A stretch of DNA of 64,000 nucleotides, taken from a virus. The DNA is taken from the IMG/VR virus record IMGVR_UViG_3300045988_147927, positions 138,995 through 202,994 of that record, one strand, 5' to 3'. Positions 61,960 through 64,000 of this stretch are shown one piece after another; within the stretch, counting starts at the first letter, position 1, and each line of letters starts with the position of its first letter. The position numbers and the translations under genes were made by a program. The notes below the pieces were generated by a model, which was not told the DNA's origin, searched no databases, and saw nothing but the letters and a program-made list of their open reading frames with translations.

Positions 61960-62370
61960 ATGAGATTTCAAGATAAAGCATTAGAGGTAGTGAGTGAGGT
62001 ATTGAAAGAGGATTGTAAGGTATCTGTAGAGGAGTATGATGTAGATACATTACGATTGGTGTGGTTTAGCAAAACTTTACAACACTGGAAGGCTTTGGTG
62101 TCTGCCACTAAGGCTGGGAGATATGTAGAAGTAACGTATAATGGAGATATTGATAGCTATTTTGTAGATGTGTATGTAAAAGTAATGAATATTGAATGTT
62201 ATGACAATGATTCTGAAATGCATGATACTCCTACATCTATGGCTGATACTCATGAGGTTCCAGTATATGTAGGTTCTCAGAAAGTAGATACAGTAGAAAT
62301 TGCTAAAGGGGTTAAAACTAAAGAGGTGGATGTGTCTTTGGTGACTGAACCTGTCAAATCTGTTAATTAA
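61960..62370 (+). CDS. hypothetical protein
   Basis: ORF 61945..62370. ATG 61960 forms an ATGA overlap with the stop of the upstream tail frame. Confidence 0.55.
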   Translation: MRFQDKALEVVSEVLKEDCKVSVEEYDVDTLRLVWFSKTLQHWKALVSATKAGRYVEVTYNGDIDSYFVDVYVKVMNIECYDNDSEMHDTPTSMADTHEVPVYVGSQKVDTVEIAKGVKTKEVDVSLVTEPVKSVN

Positions 62371-62383
62371 CAAAGAATTTCAA

Positions 62384-62415
62384 AACTTTACATAAGTTAA
62401 TTAATAATGTATAAT
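62384..62415 (+). promoter_or_regulatory. Promoter of the AACTTTACA class (best example)
   Basis: aacTTTACA (62384-62392), 17-nt spacer, TATAAT (62410-62415). Confidence 0.55.
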
Positions 62416-62843
62416 ATAGGTAAGATATAGTCATATATTAATATTGTATATGTCATATAGTTATACAATTTCATATGGGTAGATAGGATATGTATTAGAA
62501 TACAACACATTTATAGGTTAGCTAGATTATCGAAGTATCATGTATATGATATGGGTTCTTTTACAAATTTGTTTCTAATATAAGGTATACATCATATTCG
62601 CAATAGGGATACTATATTCTATCAATTCATAGTGATTTTGTGTAATGTTATGTAATGTAGTGTAATTTTATATATAGTATTGTATGGTTTTATAGTTTTA
62701 GTCATAGCTTAACAATTAAAACTATGTATACTGTGAGTTTATTATTTAGTAGTAGACTAACACTGATAGGATTCATCATAAGCAGTATATGACTATATCG
62801 AACATTATCTATATAGTTTAATAATAAAGAAGAGGTAACATAT

Positions 62844-63503
62844 ATGGATTTCTATGTTAATGAATTTATGGAAAACAATGGTATTATTATTGATAAGCCT
62901 TTTAAGGTAGAGAATGTAAATAGACCATTGGTAATTAATACTGATGGTACTATGTTATATCAAGATACTGAAGAGGTAGTACCTATTGGTATTGTATTTA
63001 GTATTTTAAGTGGTGCTTATAAGGTAGTAAAAGATACTACTGATGATAGGCTATATCGTAAGGGAGATAGTTATTACTATATTGGTAGTAGTGGTACTGT
63101 TTCTTATGTGTTGTGGAATAATGATGTAGTTGATTATTCTTTATTGTATATGGGAAATGTCTTTAAAACTCGTGAAGAGGCAGAAAGTCAAGTAGAGTCT
63201 ATGTTAAGTATGTTTGATAGTATTAATACAAAGACAGCTATTTTACCTAATTCTATGGGGACTGTAAAAGAAGATACTATTAAAGATACTATTAAAGATA
63301 GTAAAGATAATAAAGATAGTAAAGATAATAAAGATAGTAAACAATCAGCTACAATGTCTTTTGAGAAAGATAAAGGTGGCACATATAGTGGGTATGTGTC
63401 TTATATTAATAATAAAGGTAATGTAGTAACTAAAGAGTTAGATAGTTATAAAAGTCTATCTGATATTTTAAAGATGGCATTAAAGGATGTATATAGTGAA
63501 TAG
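62844..63503 (+). CDS. hypothetical protein with KDSKDN repeats
   Basis: 219-aa ORF. RBS AAGAAGAGG. Confidence 0.6.
   Translation: MDFYVNEFMENNGIIIDKPFKVENVNRPLVINTDGTMLYQDTEEVVPIGIVFSILSGAYKVVKDTTDDRLYRKGDSYYYIGSSGTVSYVLWNNDVVDYSLLYMGNVFKTREEAESQVESMLSMFDSINTKTAILPNSMGTVKEDTIKDTIKDSKDNKDSKDNKDSKQSATMSFEKDKGGTYSGYVSYINNKGNVVTKELDSYKSLSDILKMALKDVYSE
63297..63341 (+). repeat. 2.5 x 18-bp in-frame tandem repeat (gatagtaaagataataaa)
   Basis: Read directly. Encodes (DSKDNK)n. Confidence 0.9.
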
Positions 63504-63554
63504 GTAAATAAGTAAATAGGTAATATATTAGCATGAGGGTAGGGGGTGTTTTAT

Positions 63555-63887
63555 ATGTTAGATATGACGATTCAACAGTTAGTTAATGCTATGGATTATT
63601 ATTATAAAGATAATGTAGTGTGTGGTGTTAATCAAGAAGATACTGGTTCTAATCATATTATTCAAGTTGATTTCTCTATGGATAGTGTGAAATGTACTAT
63701 TACAGATGGGGTTATTTCTATGGATGCTACGTTGTATGTAGTGGATAGGAAATGTATGGTATATATTCGTGGTTATCATGATAATGATGATACCTCTAAA
63801 CTTGATGAAGTTATCAAATCTATTTGTGATAATGATGAAGTATTAAACCATGATAATAATGTAGAGGTACAGGTACAAATCATTTAA
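63555..63887 (+). CDS. hypothetical protein
   Basis: ORF 63546..63887. ATG 63555 follows GAGGGTAGGGGG. Confidence 0.55.
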   Translation: MLDMTIQQLVNAMDYYYKDNVVCGVNQEDTGSNHIIQVDFSMDSVKCTITDGVISMDATLYVVDRKCMVYIRGYHDNDDTSKLDEVIKSICDNDEVLNHDNNVEVQVQII

Positions 63888-63938
63888 CATATATGTAAAT
63901 GATGTAGTAGATATAATAAAATATAAGGTGTGTTTGTA

Positions 63939-64000
63939 ATGGCAGTAATTCGATTTAAGCTACGGAGTGGTGCAATAGAGAAGGAAATGCAGAAACAGAT
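63939..64000 (+). CDS. 5' end of a gene continuing beyond the window
   Basis: ATG 63939 follows AAGGTG. MAVIRFKLRSGAIEKEMQKQ... remains open to the window end. Confidence 0.4.
   Translation, partial: MAVIRFKLRSGAIEKEMQKQ

Noticed and set aside
1-64000. Lysogeny module, tRNA or rRNA genes.
   Set aside because: No ORF shows integrase, recombinase, repressor or excisionase motifs. None of the intergenic regions I read folds into an obvious tRNA cloverleaf. The only RNA genes I can support are the group I introns and the putative TnpB guide scaffolds.

Overview
AT-rich 64-kb segment of a large tailed-phage genome, visibly C-poor on the + strand. Every credible gene is on the + strand and genes are tightly packed, often with overlapping stop and start codons.

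Recognisable content:
- A T4-like packaging and head module: large terminase, portal, a gp21-like prohead protease fused to a coiled-coil scaffold, and a gp23-like major capsid protein.
- Nucleotide and DNA metabolism genes: FEN-type 5'-3' exonuclease, GIY-YIG protein, NDT/DUF4406-like protein, ThyA, DHFR, SNF2 helicase, metallophosphoesterase.
- A very heavy load of selfish elements:
  - The terminase gene is split by a 2.0-kb IStron (group I intron fused to a TnpB element).
  - The capsid gene is split into four exons by three group I introns. Two carry zinc-finger + PD-(D/E)xK endonuclease genes, and one of those is frameshifted.
  - A second, solo TnpB element sits just upstream of the prohead protease gene.
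  - Two tandem endonuclease-like paralogues follow the capsid region.

Candidates for undescribed biology:
1. A ~12-kb gene set (SWIM zinc finger, tandem MoxR-like AAA+, HExxH metallopeptidase-like, vWA-MIDAS) wedged between portal and prohead protease.
2. An accessory island at about 45.4-56.7 kb with a phage-encoded trimeric autotransporter adhesin, a glycosyltransferase-like gene, a non-canonical Cys-cluster (radical-SAM-like) gene, two paralogues of an unknown putative metalloenzyme (one fused to a DUF2829/Tad2-like domain), and a kinase-phosphatase-ligase RNA-repair protein.
3. A 650-bp iteron-rich non-coding region followed by three paralogous genes.
4. A family of tail-anchored membrane proteins whose third copy carries an in-frame amber codon.

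Host inference (weak): a low-GC diderm such as Fusobacterium or a Negativicute. This rests on the YadA-type outer-membrane anchor, the base composition and the IStron.

All family assignments come from motifs read by eye. No searches were run. Splice junctions are inferred from P1/IGS pairing and protein continuity.
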